A stretch of DNA of 64,000 nt from Nemertoderma westbladi (GCA_032718475.1 JAUCBJ010000001.1:63411-127410), one strand, 5' to 3'. Numbered from the stretch's first letter, positions 11,835 through 26,395 are shown. The notes: a model not told the origin generated them from the sequence alone. Program-made: numbers and translations.

Positions 11835-13887
11835 GGGGTATAGCTTTTCGCCGTATCCGTATGCATTTGCCGTAGGCCTCTACGTATGTCTGTATGTACA
11901 TACGCGTATGTATGTGCGTATGTAATGGATTCCTATGGAGAATAATCCGTATGTGATTTTAGAGATTAGGCATTGCGGACCAGTAAGAAGTGCACAGCAC
12001 ACATGCAGACTGAAGACAGGTAGCCTACTTAAAGCTAAGTGATTTAAAGAGTGTGGCTGCCGCTACCTTTTGTCAAATAAACAATGCAGGACAGGTCCAG
12101 GATGAGTGACAGCCGGTGTCCGCCAGCCCCGGGATGCGCCAGCAGTGCAGTACCTATGTAACCTAGCTCTTCTTGACGCCGCTTGGAAATCTAACCAACC
12201 GTGATTTATTTTTGAACTGTTTTTCCACCAACCTGGCTATAGAATGTTGTTGGTTGCTACAGTATATGGCACTAACATAGTAGTATAGACTGATAGAAGC
12301 AGCAATGAGAATGCTAAGGGAATAAACATTCGCACAGATATTGAAAACCGTCGTGTCAGTCTGTCCTTCTTTGTGAATTTATTAACATATAATATATGTA
12401 CCTTTACTTTCGCTGTTTCGGGGCCAGTATTTAGTTAACCATATGCAACCAAGTGCCAACAAGTCCAACCTACGTGCCAGTTAGTCAAACCACGTGTCAG
12501 CGAGTGCAACCGGGTGCCAGTAATTAATCTAAGTCCAACCGGGCGGCCAGGTGTCAGTTAGTACAATAAAACAAGCCCTGTGGCGCATCCCGGGGCTGAA
12601 GGACATCATCTGTCACTCATCCTGGACCTACAATGTTTATTTGCCATTAGGTAGCGGCAGCCGCACTCTTTAAATCATATCGCTTTTAAGTAGGCCTACC
12701 TGTCTTCAGTCTGCATGTGTGCTGTGCACTTCTTACTGGTCCGCAATGCCTAATCTTTAAAATCACATACGGATTATTCTGGGTGTTTGAAAAAGGTGGA
12801 CTGGTCACAGAAAACATGGACAATGGACAGACCAATCACGGGCGATTTGCGTCACACAGCATGTCCACCTTTTCAGCTTTGTTGTCCACCTTTTTCAAAT
12901 TTGAATAAGGCTGTAACGTAGACTGGGTTGAGAAAGAACAGGCAATGAATTCATCAATCAGATTGATTTGCACATTATAGCAGCTCTGTCCACGTTTTTC
13001 AAAAAATTTCAGAAGGTTTTTATGGATTATTATTGCAGTATTGTTATTATTATCCATACTTACTGTGACCAACCGAAGTTGTCGAAATAGGCCTAGTTCA
13101 ATAATATGGGGCGACACGGGCGAGCCACGAAGTCTGTGAGCTGAGCCTTACCTTAGCATCAATATTGGAACGTCAATATTCTAACTCATTACAGTATAAG
13201 TTATTATAATAACTACCTATTGTACTGAGAGGGAAATATAATATGCTTTATTTACCGTTCATCCGAGATCTGTTATTAAACGACCGAGCGCAGCGAGGGA
13301 GGTAAATAAGTCCCCATATTTTGGGAGTGGCGGTCCGGAACCCTAATTCGTAAGTGGATTTTAATGGAGCGCCCTGAACCTTATTTATTACTGTCACTGT
13401 AACCCCATAGCCTTAAATACTCTGTGAGTCGCATGGGGGTAGATACGCCTAGGGACACCGGCAGCATTCTTACTGCATGCTGCTTCAAGCATGCCCATTA
13501 CTGCATTATAGATCGATAATTCACACCTGTAAAAGGTGGACAGTCCCATCACTAATAAATAGCATTGCTTTAATACGTTTCTGATTGGTCAGACTATTAT
13601 CTATGTTTTTTGTGCATGTGTCCAGTCCACCTTTTTCAAACACACATCTTATTCCCAATTATGTAACTAAGAAAGCGAAAACTTGAAAAAGGTGGACAGA
13701 CCAATTGCTACAAACTGCTTTCATAATACGTTTCTGATTGGTCTGTCCGTTGTCCATGTTTTCTGTGTCCAGTCCACCTTTTTCAAACACCCGATTATTC
13801 TCCATAGGAATTAATTACATACGCACATACGCGTATGTGCATACGGATACGGCAAATGCATACGGATACAGCGAAAAGTTATATCCA
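11835..13887. mobile_element. Non-autonomous long-TIR element
   Basis: Left arm 11835-11948 plus 12781-12840 is inverted at 13735-13887; the left arm is interrupted by the foldback at 11939-12780. Confidence 0.7.
11939..12780. mobile_element. Foldback/MITE with ~200 bp inverted arms
   Basis: 11939-12142 is the reverse complement of ~12580-12780 (e.g. gattaggcattgcggaccagtaagaagtgcacagcacacatgcagactgaagacagg). Confidence 0.8.
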
Positions 13888-15662
13888 GATATCTGTTATA
13901 TTGTGCTTAAAATAACGTGCCACTGGTCTCTATCTGTCGCCACGGTAGCATACTGCTGTACCCTGCTGCCCTGTCTGCCTGTACAGTGCTGAAGTCTGAC
14001 ATCTGATAGTGTACCCTACCAGGACTACAGTACCAGCTTAGTGGCTTACTGCAGTCAGCAGTACAGCAGTAGGCCATGTAGGGCTACCTTTCTGACCTGT
14101 CTACTACTGTACTGTCTGACTGTACCAGTACCAGAACAGTACACTGGTACAGTACAGGAGTACAGCAGTCAGGCAGTAGCAGTAGTGCCGTACCGACCGT
14201 GCGAACGACTGGCAACTGATACAGTCAGACAGTAGGCACGACACAGCAGCACATTACAGTCCGCAGTCTGGTCAGCCCTATATGGAATACTGACAAAAAG
14301 CGCGCCACACGCGTTCTGGTTATATCGCGCCAGCCATGATATCCAACTGTCCAATGCGCGCCAAGTCAAAAATTGACTATGAAATTTTGCAGTAATTGCT
14401 GAATCAGTGAATTGTAATAATTTATCAGTCTGTCAGTTTATATAATGCTGTCTGGCTGTAGCCCTACAGTATTTTAAACATAAAAATGCGAGCGTAGCGA
14501 GCAAGGAAATTTTCCAATTATGTTAACATAAATACTGAAATACAGTCTGACACTGACAGACTGACAGTAATAGTCAGATAGTACTGTCAGACTGTACTGC
14601 TGTAGTAGTAGTAGTAGTCCTGTAGTAGTACATAGGGAACATAGGCCTACCCTTAAATAAGCTCCAAAAGTGGGTTCTTATTTAAGGAAAATGGCTCTTA
14701 TTTCAGTCACTGATCTATGCCAAAATTGGCATTTTTCAAAATTGGAAGTTTTCATGCCAAAATTGGAATTTTTGATATATTTTCTGTCCAGGGTCAGCCA
14801 ATATTGGCTGGGGTTAACTAAATTTTGCAAAAAATTATATTTTGATGCATTTAGAAACTTTTGACCGAGATAAAAAAAAATTCACCATGCTTTTGGTTTT
14901 TTATGATTAACATTTTGATTTGATACTGTAACCTCTAGTTCCAAAATTGGAAGTTTTTGACCTGCCGTTTTTGGCATTTTTTATTCTGAGAGCAGCTGCA
15001 GACTGGCAGAGAGAGTGGTTGTAGTTGCTGAGTTGCAGCTTGCAGGCATATATCTGTATATTGGTATATTACCGAACTTTTGTTGTAAATGTGTCAGTGT
15101 CATGCTGTGACAGCTGTGATGTGACATTACAGCATTATACATTCTAGTGAGTTGCATGTGCTTGTGTGTGTAGTATATGGTGTACGTACAGTACAGTAGG
15201 GAACACATGCCCGAATTGGCAGCACAGACGCACTGCCATTTTTGAAAAATGCACTGCCATATTAGGCAGTTTTACCCTAAATTTCGGATAAAATGTGAAT
15301 TTTTATCAACTTCCTGCTGGAAGGGCCCCATTTTTATTTCATTGGATGAAAATATGATATATATTGGAGGTAAATACAAAATGTGGTAAGAGTTTCATGG
15401 TTGGGTTTTGGAGATATTTGACATTGAAAATTGCAAGTCAAAAACATGCACTGCCTAAAATGGCAGTTATGGTATTGAATTAATTCCTTCTGACTGACTT
15501 GGAGAGCTGGAGAGCCTGGCAATGCCAGGCATCCTTCAGTCCTTCAGAGTTTATCTATCTCTGTCTGTACTGTATCTGCTAAGCAGCCTATCTATCTACA
15601 GTATATAAGCCTATCCGTTTGAAAGCAATTTATATATTTTGTTTTTGTTAGTTATTCAGTTA

Positions 15663-17315
15663 GGGGAAAGTGGGGGAATTAGAAACACTTTTTGGATTTT
15701 AAAAAATTAAAAGTGCCCTCATTTCTACACAAACATTCATAGAGGAAATATAACTATAGATTTGGAATCATGCATCTCTCTGCTAACAATAGAACATCCT
15801 ATCTCGTCTGCCTATCACTATCTGGTAGTGACAGGCAGACGAGATTTTTTTTAAGTCGAGATTGTTTCCATTTACCCCACAATGGGGTAAATGGAAACAG
15901 GGTTTGCCTCCCAATAGTTAAATCAACCAGAAATTCACATGGGGTAATTGGAATATTTCTAATTACCACATGGGAATGTAGATTAAATTGCGCACAATTT
16001 GATATATAACATGTCTATGTTGCCACATATGTTTAATATTTAAAGTGTTTCACAAACCTTCAACAATTAACAGAGATATGCATGTTTGTGAATAAATGAC
16101 ATCCAGCAACAATATGGATATATGAAAACTAATTATTGCTCTTTATATAACTAAATTAAACTTAATTTATTTAAATTAAAATGAATTAGCTTAACTTAAA
16201 TTAAAATTAGAATTTCTTGTTGGTTCAGCACAGCCCCATTCCCGCTTTTCCTATTACCACCAGATATTGGGCCAATGTTTCCTCATTGGCTTTTCCGAGA
16301 AAACATCTACGCACCTGACCTATATAATTAGCGATCACTATATTTAAGTTTCTTGTTCCCAGAGGGTACCCCCAGGAATTCCAAAGGTATATGCAGCCTT
16401 CCGAATAGTGGCATGACCACTGGAAATGGTGCTTTAAGGCAGCAGATAGAGATTCCATAGAGTATGACGCCCAGGCAACGCAGGCAGCCATGAAGTTTTG
16501 CGTAAAATTGAGGGAAAAGAGCAGGTTACAGAGGCTGGCTTTTCTAACCCAAACAATAAACGGCCACTTTCCCAAATGAGGGAAAGGAGCAGATTACAGA
16601 GGCATGCTTTTCTAACCAAAACAATAAACGGCCACTTTACCAATTGAGGGAAAGCAGCAGGTTACCTAGGTGGGCTATTCTAACCAAAACAATAAACGAT
16701 TACTTTACCAATTGAGGGAAACCATATGGTCAGACTTCTAGTCAGCTAGTAGTCATTAGTCACATGGTCAGACTGTCAGTAGTCACTCTATAACCAAAAA
16801 AATCAGGCACTCAAGCAATAGGCAGATAGGTACCGGTGCGCAGCTGTATGACAATTAGAAACTGTTGAAAAGGACGGTCCCCAAAGTAACAGGACCAGCT
16901 AAAAAAATTAATGTTTCCAATTACCCCATGGCACTAAAATTTGACCATTTTTAAATTATGTTGAACAAACAAATTTTTAATTATGCTATCATTAAATTAG
17001 GTTGTCTACTGAATAGATGACATAATAAGCTTTAAATTAAGCTATTGCTTAAGATAATTGGAATAAGACATCGCTCACAATCCATTTGTGAAGTTGCAAA
17101 AAAATAATCGAAAATTTGATTTTTTTTTCATCTTTTATACAATCAGCCATTTGACAATGAAGAAGTGAAAATAAACGCCATATTCCTATTGGAAAAATAA
17201 TCACCAATAATTTATCTCAATAAACATCAAAATTTCAAGTCTATACATACAAAAGCATGCATGTAGTAGCCATTGCTTCTAATTACCCCATGTTTCTAAT
17301 TCCCCCACCTTCCCC
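15663..17315 (-). mobile_element. pogo-like deleted DNA transposon
   Basis: TIR GGGGAA(A/G)GTGGGGGAATTAGAAACA, TA on both flanks, internal ggggtaa(t/a)tggaa subrepeats, transposase remnant inside. Confidence 0.8.
16225..16492 (-). pseudogene. pogo/CENP-B-type transposase N-terminal HTH remnant
   Basis: With frameshifts reads YSMESLSAAL.STISSGHATIRKAAYTFGIPGGTL.NK...GKANEETLAQYLVVIGKAGMGL, a pipsqueak-type HTH followed by the start of the second HTH. Confidence 0.65.
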
Positions 17316-20039
17316 TAACTGGTTAACAATTTACACAGTCACTGACAGATAATTTATTAATATATTTATTATAATGTATAAAATATTAATATACTGATAT
17401 ATGTGGCCATTATAACAATATGTATTATAGGCCTATAGTTTGTTAATATTAAAAGTTACGGTTCGCTAATGATAAAATTTATGTTTATTGACTGATTGAT
17501 ATGGTGACTGATAATTATTGATAGTAAATAGTTAGTAATAAAATCATTAGGCCTAATATATATCATATTTAAGGGGTCTGTACAGAAATTTACCTCCCCT
17601 TGATTAATTTATTGTTTAATAATTCAGTAATTTATGGATGTAAAAATAAATGTCTTATAAGGCACTGTTTAAGGATTAACTGATAAGGCATTATTTGTTA
17701 ACAAAATACAAATTACTGTATAAGAAGTCATCAGATCATTAGTAAGAAATAATTAAATCCAATTTAGATACTACAAAATAGTCCTATATTTAGATTTACA
17801 CGTTCACACACAAAATTTATATAATAAACTAGAATCTTAATACTGTATGATTTACCGGCTGACCAGTAATCTAAAATTGATATATATAAATCAATTAATT
17901 GTAAATTGATACAGTATTATGTTGGTTTTACAGTAGATGGAAAACGTAAAATATAGAGTGAGCAATGCGTAAAACCAACGTAAATAAAAAATAATAATAA
18001 AGATAAAGATAATATATTCTAACAAACACATGTTGCAACAGTTTATTTTTTTTAAAGCAAAATTTGATACTAATGTTTTTGTGTACAAGTACAATAAGTT
18101 GGCTGATAGGTTAAAACGTCAATAGTAAAACATTAGAGTAAGCCACAAGTAAAACAAACATAATACTGAATATCTACAATATAAAAATATTACAAATTAA
18201 AAATTAAAATTAACAAGCTAATATTGCGATAGTATAAATTAAGCTAAAACTGAGATGAGCGTTTATGTTTACAATAGGCAATAGGAGTACGTAGATTAAA
18301 ACACATACAAAGTCATTCATTCGACAATAGTAACGGATATAGAGAATACAATACAAACCAACAAAGAATATACAGATATATTATATACAAATTCAGAAAT
18401 ATGATCGGGTCTTTCTTTTTCCAACTCTCCCAGTTTACTGGTGTTTCAAACTGTGAAAAAATTATTTATAAAATCTGTTGAATATTGGTTATTTATATAT
18501 ATATTATTGTTTCCATCAGAATTGCTGAATTGTATGTAATGCTGATGCTGAATGCATTTTCTGATTTTGCACTGCCATTTTAAGCATTGTACTGCTAGTT
18601 CAAAAAGTATGCTGCTATATTAAGCAGAACACTGCTATTTTGGGCAGTGCATGCTTTTGACTGGCAATTTTCAAAGTCTGATGTCTCTAAAACCCAACTG
18701 TGAAAGTCTACCAAATTTTCCATTTACCTTGCAATACATACTATATTTTCATCCCATGAAATAAAAAAGGGGCCCTTCAAGCAGGAAGTTAATAAAAATT
18801 GACATTTTATCAGAAATTTAGGCTAAAACTGCCTAATATGGCAGTGCATTTTGCAAAGTCTGCACTGCCCGTTTGGGCATGTGTTCCCTACTGCAGTAGG
18901 TACGGTACTTGTACTATCCAATATCCGAATCCGAGAATCCGAATATCTTAATGTGAATGTTAACCTTGATATGATATCTTCTTAACTACATAAGAAACGC
19001 CCTGCGCTGGGCCATACAACAATGTAAGATTTGATCACATTATCAATTTCAATACTTTGTCTCTGTTTGTGTATAACTATACATTCAGACCTTTTTTTAA
19101 GAATTCGCTATCACCATCACCTGCTTAGCTTGAAGAAGACTTAGTTCCAGTTGCAGTTGTTGTGTTGTGTTAGTGTTAGTACTTCCAGAGGCGGTCATTC
19201 ATTACCAGTGCCTTTTGATTTATTAAATGCCGACTTTGTGCCACACATCTACCTGTCTACTGCACAAGTAACCGCTTTAGATCCTAGAGCACCTTAGACC
19301 CTGAACGAACTTAGATCTTGGGTGAACTTAGATCCTTCCCATTCGAACTTCGATCCTTCCCAGGCAGCCAAGCTGCCAAGCGAACTTAGATACTTCCCAT
19401 ACTGCCATACGAACTTAGATCCTTCCCATATGAACTTCGATCCTCAACATACAAACTTAGATTCCACCTTGCATATATCTGTATATATCAGTATATTGCT
19501 GTACCATAGCTGTGTTAATGTAAAAACGTCATCCCCATACTGCCATACCACACTGGAATCCTTACAGGGTGCGCCGGATTTATCCGGCGCGCATTGAAAA
19601 GCCTGGCGCGCAAATTTGGCGCGTTTTCATAAAACGCGCCAAGCTTTGGCGCACTGGCGCGCAAAAATTATGCATTGGCGCGCTGGCACGCAAAAATTAT
19701 TCATTGGCGCGCTACAAATATTTCATGCCGGGCCACCTCCACCGCTCCACCTATCCCTACATACATCCCATACAGTCACCCTATCAGCATTTATAATTTT
19801 ACATAGATACCCCGTCGCTATGTAAATCCTAGATACCGACAGATATTTTCCTATATACTTAGCCGTGTGTATCCAATGTGTATGTAGAGTATTGTATGCA
19901 TTGGCCATAGGCCGTAAGCGTAGGGTAGGATGTAGGGATTAGATAAGGTAGGCTTTCACCCCCCTCTCCCAATATCTCCATGTTGTAACATTGAGCTTCA
20001 TGTGTGCCCTGAATGTCCTGTGCTCCTAACCAAACATTA

Positions 20040-20653
20040 TTTTCAGATAACCACCGGTTCCAAGTTTTTTTTACTCTTTATAACCACAGGTTGGTTAGTA
20101 ACGTTTTAACCGTGGGTTTTTCTTTTATAACCACAGGTTATAAATAAATTAAAGCCTCAGTTTATTAAAATCACCGCCAGTTTTCTCAAATAAAACCGCC
20201 AGTTGACTGTTAATTAAACGGCGGTTTCGTAAAAACTGGTTTATTTGGTTGCCGTTTTACCTGTGGTTTTTTGAGAAAACCGGCAGTTTTAAATAGTTGA
20301 AACGCCAGTTACCAGCAGTAAACCATAGGTTAATAAATGCCGATGAAGTATTCGACCGGGAATTTGCGTTAAACCAGAACCTGAGGTTACAGAAACCGGC
20401 AGTTCCTTGCTATAAAAAATACCAGAGGTTTTACAACGCATTTTTAGGTTCTAAACAACTGGGGGTTATGGAGCCGCCGGTTTTACGAGAGATAATCAGC
20501 CCCCGGTTTGTACAACTGCCAGTTCTTGGCAACGTTTATTTACCGCCGGTTTGTAAAAACAACCTGCGGTGGTTTTCGTTGCAAAACAACCCCAGGTAGT
20601 TCTTGCAAACCGGCAGTTTTTTAACAAAATACCACCACTTACTTTTTTCAGTG
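20040..20653 (-). mobile_element. Terminal fragment of a CACTA/CMC-like element
   Basis: Reverse complement starts CACTGAAAAAA, followed by many aaacc(g/a) subterminal repeats; the other end was not found. Confidence 0.4.
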
Positions 20654-21031
20654 CGTACGCAAAGACAAGAGGGCGGTCAGTCAAATAAAACATTGGAAAA
20701 TCGCACGAAATGTGATTGGATGCTTCCTGTTCCAATTGCCTGCCCGAACACTCTGAAAGAAATTGTGACGCTATATCTAAAAAAACATAAACCCCCAGTC
20801 CTAAAAATGACTGACCCAAGAACGCAGTTGCAGCCTGGCCATGGTCAAGTTATCAAACGTATACAGACGAAAACTAAATATTTATTTGATTAAATTCGTC
20901 ATTGAATAGTAATACTGAATCAACTTAGACTTAAATTCTATGCAAATTTTGCCTATTATTAATCTACGCCTATTTGCAACAGGGAAAGAGGATTGAATTG
21001 GGGGGGGGGGGGGGGGGGGTGTAGTGTTGAT

Positions 21032-21199
21032 CAGGGATGGCATAACGAAAACGAAACAAAGCATAGTTGCTAATAATGAAACGAAAAAATAATGTAAGGT
21101 AAAAATGCCAAACGAAATAAAAACACAAGCAAATAACGAAACAAAATAATATAAGTTTCGTTTTTTTCTCTTTTGTTTCGTTTCGTTATGCCATCCCTG
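21032..21199. mobile_element. hAT-type MITE
   Basis: TIR CAGGGATGGCATAACGAAA; 8 bp TSD gtgttgat/gtgttggt. Confidence 0.85.
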
Positions 21200-21549
21200 G
21201 TGTTGGTTTTATAGAGGCTTTTAAATTTTAAATTTTGTGGTTTGAGGGGGGGGGGGGGGGGGGGGGGTAGTAGAGTCAGGATTGTAATTTGTTTAAATAC
21301 AGTGGAATTGTCAATGATTCTCTTATCTTATCTTAATGCACTTACTACATTCTAGCAGTGTAATTCTTTGTTATTCTGAACTCTACTTGAGAAATACATC
21401 AATACTTTCGAATTTAATTATATTAACCAAACATATTGGAATTAATGCGATTACTAAAATTATGTTAAAATTGCTCGCTAAAATGTGACCTGATAAAAAT
21501 AAAATAAATAAGTAAATAGATTGCATCGAGTTATAAAATAATGAAATAA

Positions 21550-21870
21550 CAGTTGTCCATCGTAATGCAGAACATCGTCCCGTGATAAGCGACCTCCACG
21601 TCTGAATTTAACAACTTTTATTTTTGAGCTATTGACTGTTAGGTCGTGGTCTCTGCAGTAGTCAAGTAATGCATCGAGTGCAATCTGAATTTGCGCAATG
21701 GAATTTCTACAAATAACTAGATCGTCGGCATACATGAATATAAGGCATCCAGTTGCTATAATAACTGCAGCGAGGTCGGAAACAAACAAGATGAATATGA
21801 GAGGGTATAGCTCAGTAGCATGTCACCTTGAATAACTTCAATGGTCTGTGTGATCGGTTCCAGAACATAA
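21550..21870 (-). pseudogene. Non-LTR retrotransposon reverse transcriptase fragment
   Basis: QGD...LFVSDL...MYADDLVI...LTVNSSKIKVVKFRRGGRL, frameshifted. Confidence 0.8.
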
Positions 21871-24339
21871 ATCCCAATTAATATACAAACAAAGTTTATT
21901 GCTAGTATGGCCCAATCACGGTGATACATTTTCGACTGATGCCAAGTGCCAAGACGGCAATACATTAATACTTAATAAATCCTGAACATTATTGTGTGCT
22001 GATGGCCTAATTGTTGTATTATACAGTATGTGGCATGTTAAGTGAGCTCAAAACAAAATTATTTCCTGGCGTGCATATATTCTTAACTGGCGCCGAATGT
22101 ATTTTAATTTGTATGCTACATTTTTTCTGGCGCACATCAATTTATAGAGTTCAGAGTGTTGGCGCGGCGCGATTTCCAATATTACTAGGCGCGGCGCGAT
22201 TTTCATAATATCTGGCGCGTTATCCGGCGCGCTTTTTGTAAGGATTCCACTAGGGCTGCCATAGGCTGAGGCCAGCAGACCTTACTGTAAATATTATCAA
22301 GCTTGAAGGAAAGTGAACTTATAATTCCTACTACCATAATAATAATAACAGAATAAATAGGCCTAATACATTGCACCGAATTAGCTATTAATTTGCAAAT
22401 TATAGTTTGTTGGTGAGTAACTAATCGCAACTACTTTGAGTGTATGACTTATTTGCATTAGATCATTATAAGTCTGTAAGTACTTTTATATGCTTAATGT
22501 AAAATGTAACACAGTACAATACTATAATATCAATTGAACGTGGCCAGCACTACATGATGTGGGATCTAAGTTCGCCTCTCCTCTAGCAGTCTAGCGTGTG
22601 CTAAGGAATTTGTATAAATTTGGGATCTAAGTTCACCTAGTTCAGTAGTTAGGATCTAAGCTCCCCCGGACTACCGGATAGGATCTAAGCTGCTAAGTTC
22701 ACTTAGTTAGGATCTAAGTTCAACCAGACTGCCAGATATAGGATCTATGTTCGCATATATAGGACCCAAGTTCGCATAGATATAAGTTCCTCAAACTGTC
22801 AAAGTCATGCCCTGCAGGATCTAAGTTCGTTTACCGAAATATAATGCATTATACGGTAATAAATTTGCATGAAAATAGATTAGTTCAAACCGTCAAAATA
22901 CATTATTAATCTAATAACTGGCTGACTGGTGCTTATCAGTACTAGTTCCAATTTTGGAATTAATGCCGAAATTGGAATAAAAACTTCCATTTTTGAAAAC
23001 TGCCAATTTTGGCATAGATCACTGACTGTATTTAGGGGTTTTTGGGCCTTTTTTGGATATTTTTTCGATATAATATGCAATAACTTGTTTCAGGAAAAAA
23101 TACCGCATAATTTTATTTCACAATGTAAAAGTTTGGTCTTTCTTGAACATAATGCAAAAAACCAGAAAACATTTCACCGTCCGGTTTTTTTTCTACAAGC
23201 GTTTTAAAATTCCATCAAAAATACGACCAGTTCCTAAATAAGGGGGATTTTTTAAATTTACCTTATTTAAGATATCGAAATTGTACACATAAATACTAAA
23301 AGTCCCTAAATAAGAACTTTTTGACCTGGGTTTCTTATTTAGGAATACCGGTACAATTGTATTCCAAAATCTGCACACTCCTTAAATAAATTGAATATTC
23401 CTTATTCCTTACAGCTGTACAGTACCGGTAGCGGCGGTAGGTGTTACACTTCTTTCATAATTCTTTGATTTATGTCAGTCTGTATATTGCTAATTGTTGG
23501 GTTAAGAAGGACAATGGTTGCACTGCACTCTATAAATCCTCTAGAATATCGTATCATAATGAAGTTGCTAGCACTGGCATTCTTACCTCAGGCTGCATGC
23601 ATACGGTAGTATAGAATAGCCCATTGATATTCAAAAGAATAGCCCATCGCCCATCTGAGCGCACAGACATTGTCATGTATTTCGATATGAGACATGACTC
23701 AAGTAACTGGGCATCACCGCACAGTCTGACAGTTTGGAAAAACTAACTTGTGTCCTGCATTTCCTCTTCTGCTCCGCGTTACGCCCCACTTAGATGGATT
23801 ATCCACAATGTTGTACTTGAAAGGCGTGAAAAAACCAATGTCAATGTCATGTCAATAGGCACAGAGATGGTTCGGTCGGGCAGCTGATAGACGTTATGAA
23901 TAAAGATGATGACTGGATGACGTTTTGGCTCAACTGGCTCAAGCAGCAGTCTGGCAGTGGGACACGGTCGTGGGACCTTTGCGTAGCATGAAGTGAGCAA
24001 AGCCTTAGCTAGCCCTAGCTGATAGGGGCCCCATTAACATCAGAACATGTTTTCTTTCGTTAATCAGAGTCGTTCAACACAATACTCGTCTCCTTAATTT
24101 GCCTCATTGTGTTCGTTTGTTTTTTTACCAAACTTCGGATTATTTATAATCTTTTGACAGAGTACATACATACCAAGTTTCGTTTAATTTCATCAAGGAA
24201 TGACTGAGTTATTAGCGATAAAAAATTTATGACGACGTCGACGACAGACAACTCGTTAGTGGCACCCATATGCTAACTGGCTAAGGCTTCGCTTACTTGA
24301 TCGTGCCTCTCCCCCACATTCAATCCGGTTCGACGCAGT

Positions 24340-26100
24340 TTGTTGCTCGTTTTTGCTCATTGCCTGTCGTTGTGCTTTATTATTTCTCGTTGTTGGTCAT
24401 TGTTGCTCATTGTTTCTCATTGTTGCTCATTGTTGCTTATTAGTGCTCATTGTTGCTCGTTAGTTGTACTTTATTATTGCTCGTTGTTGCTCATTGTGAT
24501 CGTTGTTGCTCGTTGTTGTACTCTATTATTGCTCGTTGTTGCTCATTGTTCCTTGTTGGTGCTCATTGTTGCTCGTTGTTGTACTCTATTATTGCTCGTT
24601 GTTGCTCATTATTGCTCATTGTTGCTTCTTGTTGTACTTTATTATTGCACGTTCAATCGTTGTTCCTCATTGTTGCTCGTTGTTGTACTTTATTATTGCT
24701 CATTGTTGCTCAATATTACTCGTTGTTGCTCATTCGCTCGTTGTTGATTACTTTATTATTGCTCATTTTTGCTCGTTGTGGCTCATTGTCTGATTGTTGC
24801 TCAATGTTACTCGTTGTTGCTCAGTGTTTCTCATTGTTGCTCGTTGTTGCTCAATGCTACTCATTGTTATACTTTATTATTGCTCATTGTTGCTCAATAT
24901 TACTCGTTGTTGCTCATTGTCGCTCATTGTACTTTATTATTGCTCATTGTTGCTCAATAAAACTCGTTGTTGCTCGTTCAGTCGTTGTTGCTCATTATTG
25001 CTCATTTTTGTACTTTATTATTGCTCATTGTTTCTCAATATTACTCGTTGTTGCTCATTGTCGCTCGTTGTTGTACCGGTACTTTATTATTGCTCATTGT
25101 TGCTCAATATAACTCGTTGTTGCTCGTTCAGTCGTTGTTGCTCATTATTGCTCGTTGTTGTTCATTATTATTGCTCATTGTTGCTCAATATTACTCTTTG
25201 TTGCTCATTGTCGCTCGTTGTTGTACTTTATTATTGCTCATTGTTGCTCAATATAACTCGCTGTTGCTCGTTCAGTCGTTGTTGCTCATTATTGCTCATT
25301 GTTGTTCTTTATTATTGCTCATTGTTGCTCAGTGTTTCTCATTGTTGCTCATTGTTACTCGTTGTTACTCATTGTCATTGTTGCTCATTGTTCCTCATGT
25401 CCTCGTTGTTGTACTTTATTATGGCCCGTTGTTGCTCATTATTACTCATTGTTACTTGTTGTTGCTCGTTGTTGTACTTTATTATTGCTCGTTCAGTTGT
25501 TGTTGCTCATTATTACTCGTTCAGTCGTTGTTGTTCTTTATTGTTGCTCGTTGTTGCTCAATGATACTCGTTGTTATACTTTATTATTGCTCATTGTTGC
25601 TCAATGTTACTCGTTGTTACTCATTGTCATTGGTGCTCATTGTTACTCGTTGTTCCTCATGTCCTCGTTGTTGTACTTTATTATTGCTCATTGTTGCTCG
25701 TTGTTTCTCAATGGTACTCGTTGTTGCTCGTTGTTACTCGTTGTTGCTCGTTCAGTCGTTATTCCTTATTATTGCTCATTGTTGCTCAATGTTACTCGTT
25801 GTTGCTCGTTTTTACTCGTTGTTGCTCATTGTTGTTCGTTATTTCTCGCTGTTGCTCGTTGTTGTACTGTATTATTGCTCATTTTTGTCGTTGTGGCTCA
25901 TTGTCTGATTGTTGCTCAATGTTACTCGTTGTTGCTCATTGTTATGTTACTCGCTGTTGCTCATTGTTGCTCGTTCAGTCGTTGTTCCTCATTATTGCTC
26001 ATTGTTGCTCAATGTTACTCGTTGTTGATCGTTGTTACTCGTTGTTTTGTTACTCATTGTTCAGTTATTGCTTATTGTTGGCCATTGTTGCTCGTTGTGC
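24340..26100. repeat. Degenerate ~10 bp satellite (ctc(a/g)ttgttg) with higher-order blocks
   Basis: Continuous ttgttgctca/ttgttgctcg/actttattattgctc units. Confidence 0.95.
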
Positions 26101-26395
26101 ATTTTTGCACCTATCAAATTAAGCACAGAAGCTCCCTTATCTCTGTATCTTGCAGTCTTGCAATGTCCTGTCCAGGTTAGGCAGTTAGGAGGTCATAACT
26201 GTCATAAGCAGATAAGGGCAGAAGGAGGACGGGGCTGGGAGACGAGGTTATAAGAGACATTCCAGCATTATATAAGGATATTTAATTTAATTTATTTTAT
26301 TTTATTAATTTATTTTTTTTATTTAGGAGGCCTAATTTAATTTATTTAATTAAATTAAATTAAATTAATTTATTTTATTTAATTTATTTAATATA

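Larger units (their letters stand above)
15194..18893. mobile_element. Tc1/mariner-type non-autonomous element, ~290 bp TIRs
   Basis: CAGTAGGGAACACATGCCC...GGGCATGTGTTCCCTACTG; arms 15194-15480 vs 18620-18893; TA on the left flank. Confidence 0.8.
19551..22258. mobile_element. Non-autonomous TIR element with GGCGCG subterminal repeats
   Basis: tggaatccttaca...gcgccgga left end is inverted at 22225-22258; related ends at 14273 and 40124. Confidence 0.55.
19270..22835. mobile_element. Element with inverted arrays of subterminal repeats
   Basis: Multiple gaacttagatcc at 19270-19470 and ggatctaagttc at 22560-22835. Confidence 0.6.
14704..23028. mobile_element. TIR element with 5 bp TSD (TATTT) inserted into the left arm of the 14631-28003 element
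   Basis: TIR CAGTCA(C/G)TGATCTATGCCAAAATTGGCA; TATTT at 14699-14703 and 23029-23033; the uninterrupted arm at 27930-27950 has a single TATTT. Confidence 0.8.

Noticed and set aside
21000-21270. Long poly-G/poly-C runs (also ~742, 8773, 11713, 44206, 63025)
   Set aside because: Simple homopolymers associated with repeats; lengths are unreliable and no function can be supported
24340-26253. Cys/Leu-rich ORFs in three frames
   Set aside because: Stop-poor translation of a 10 bp satellite
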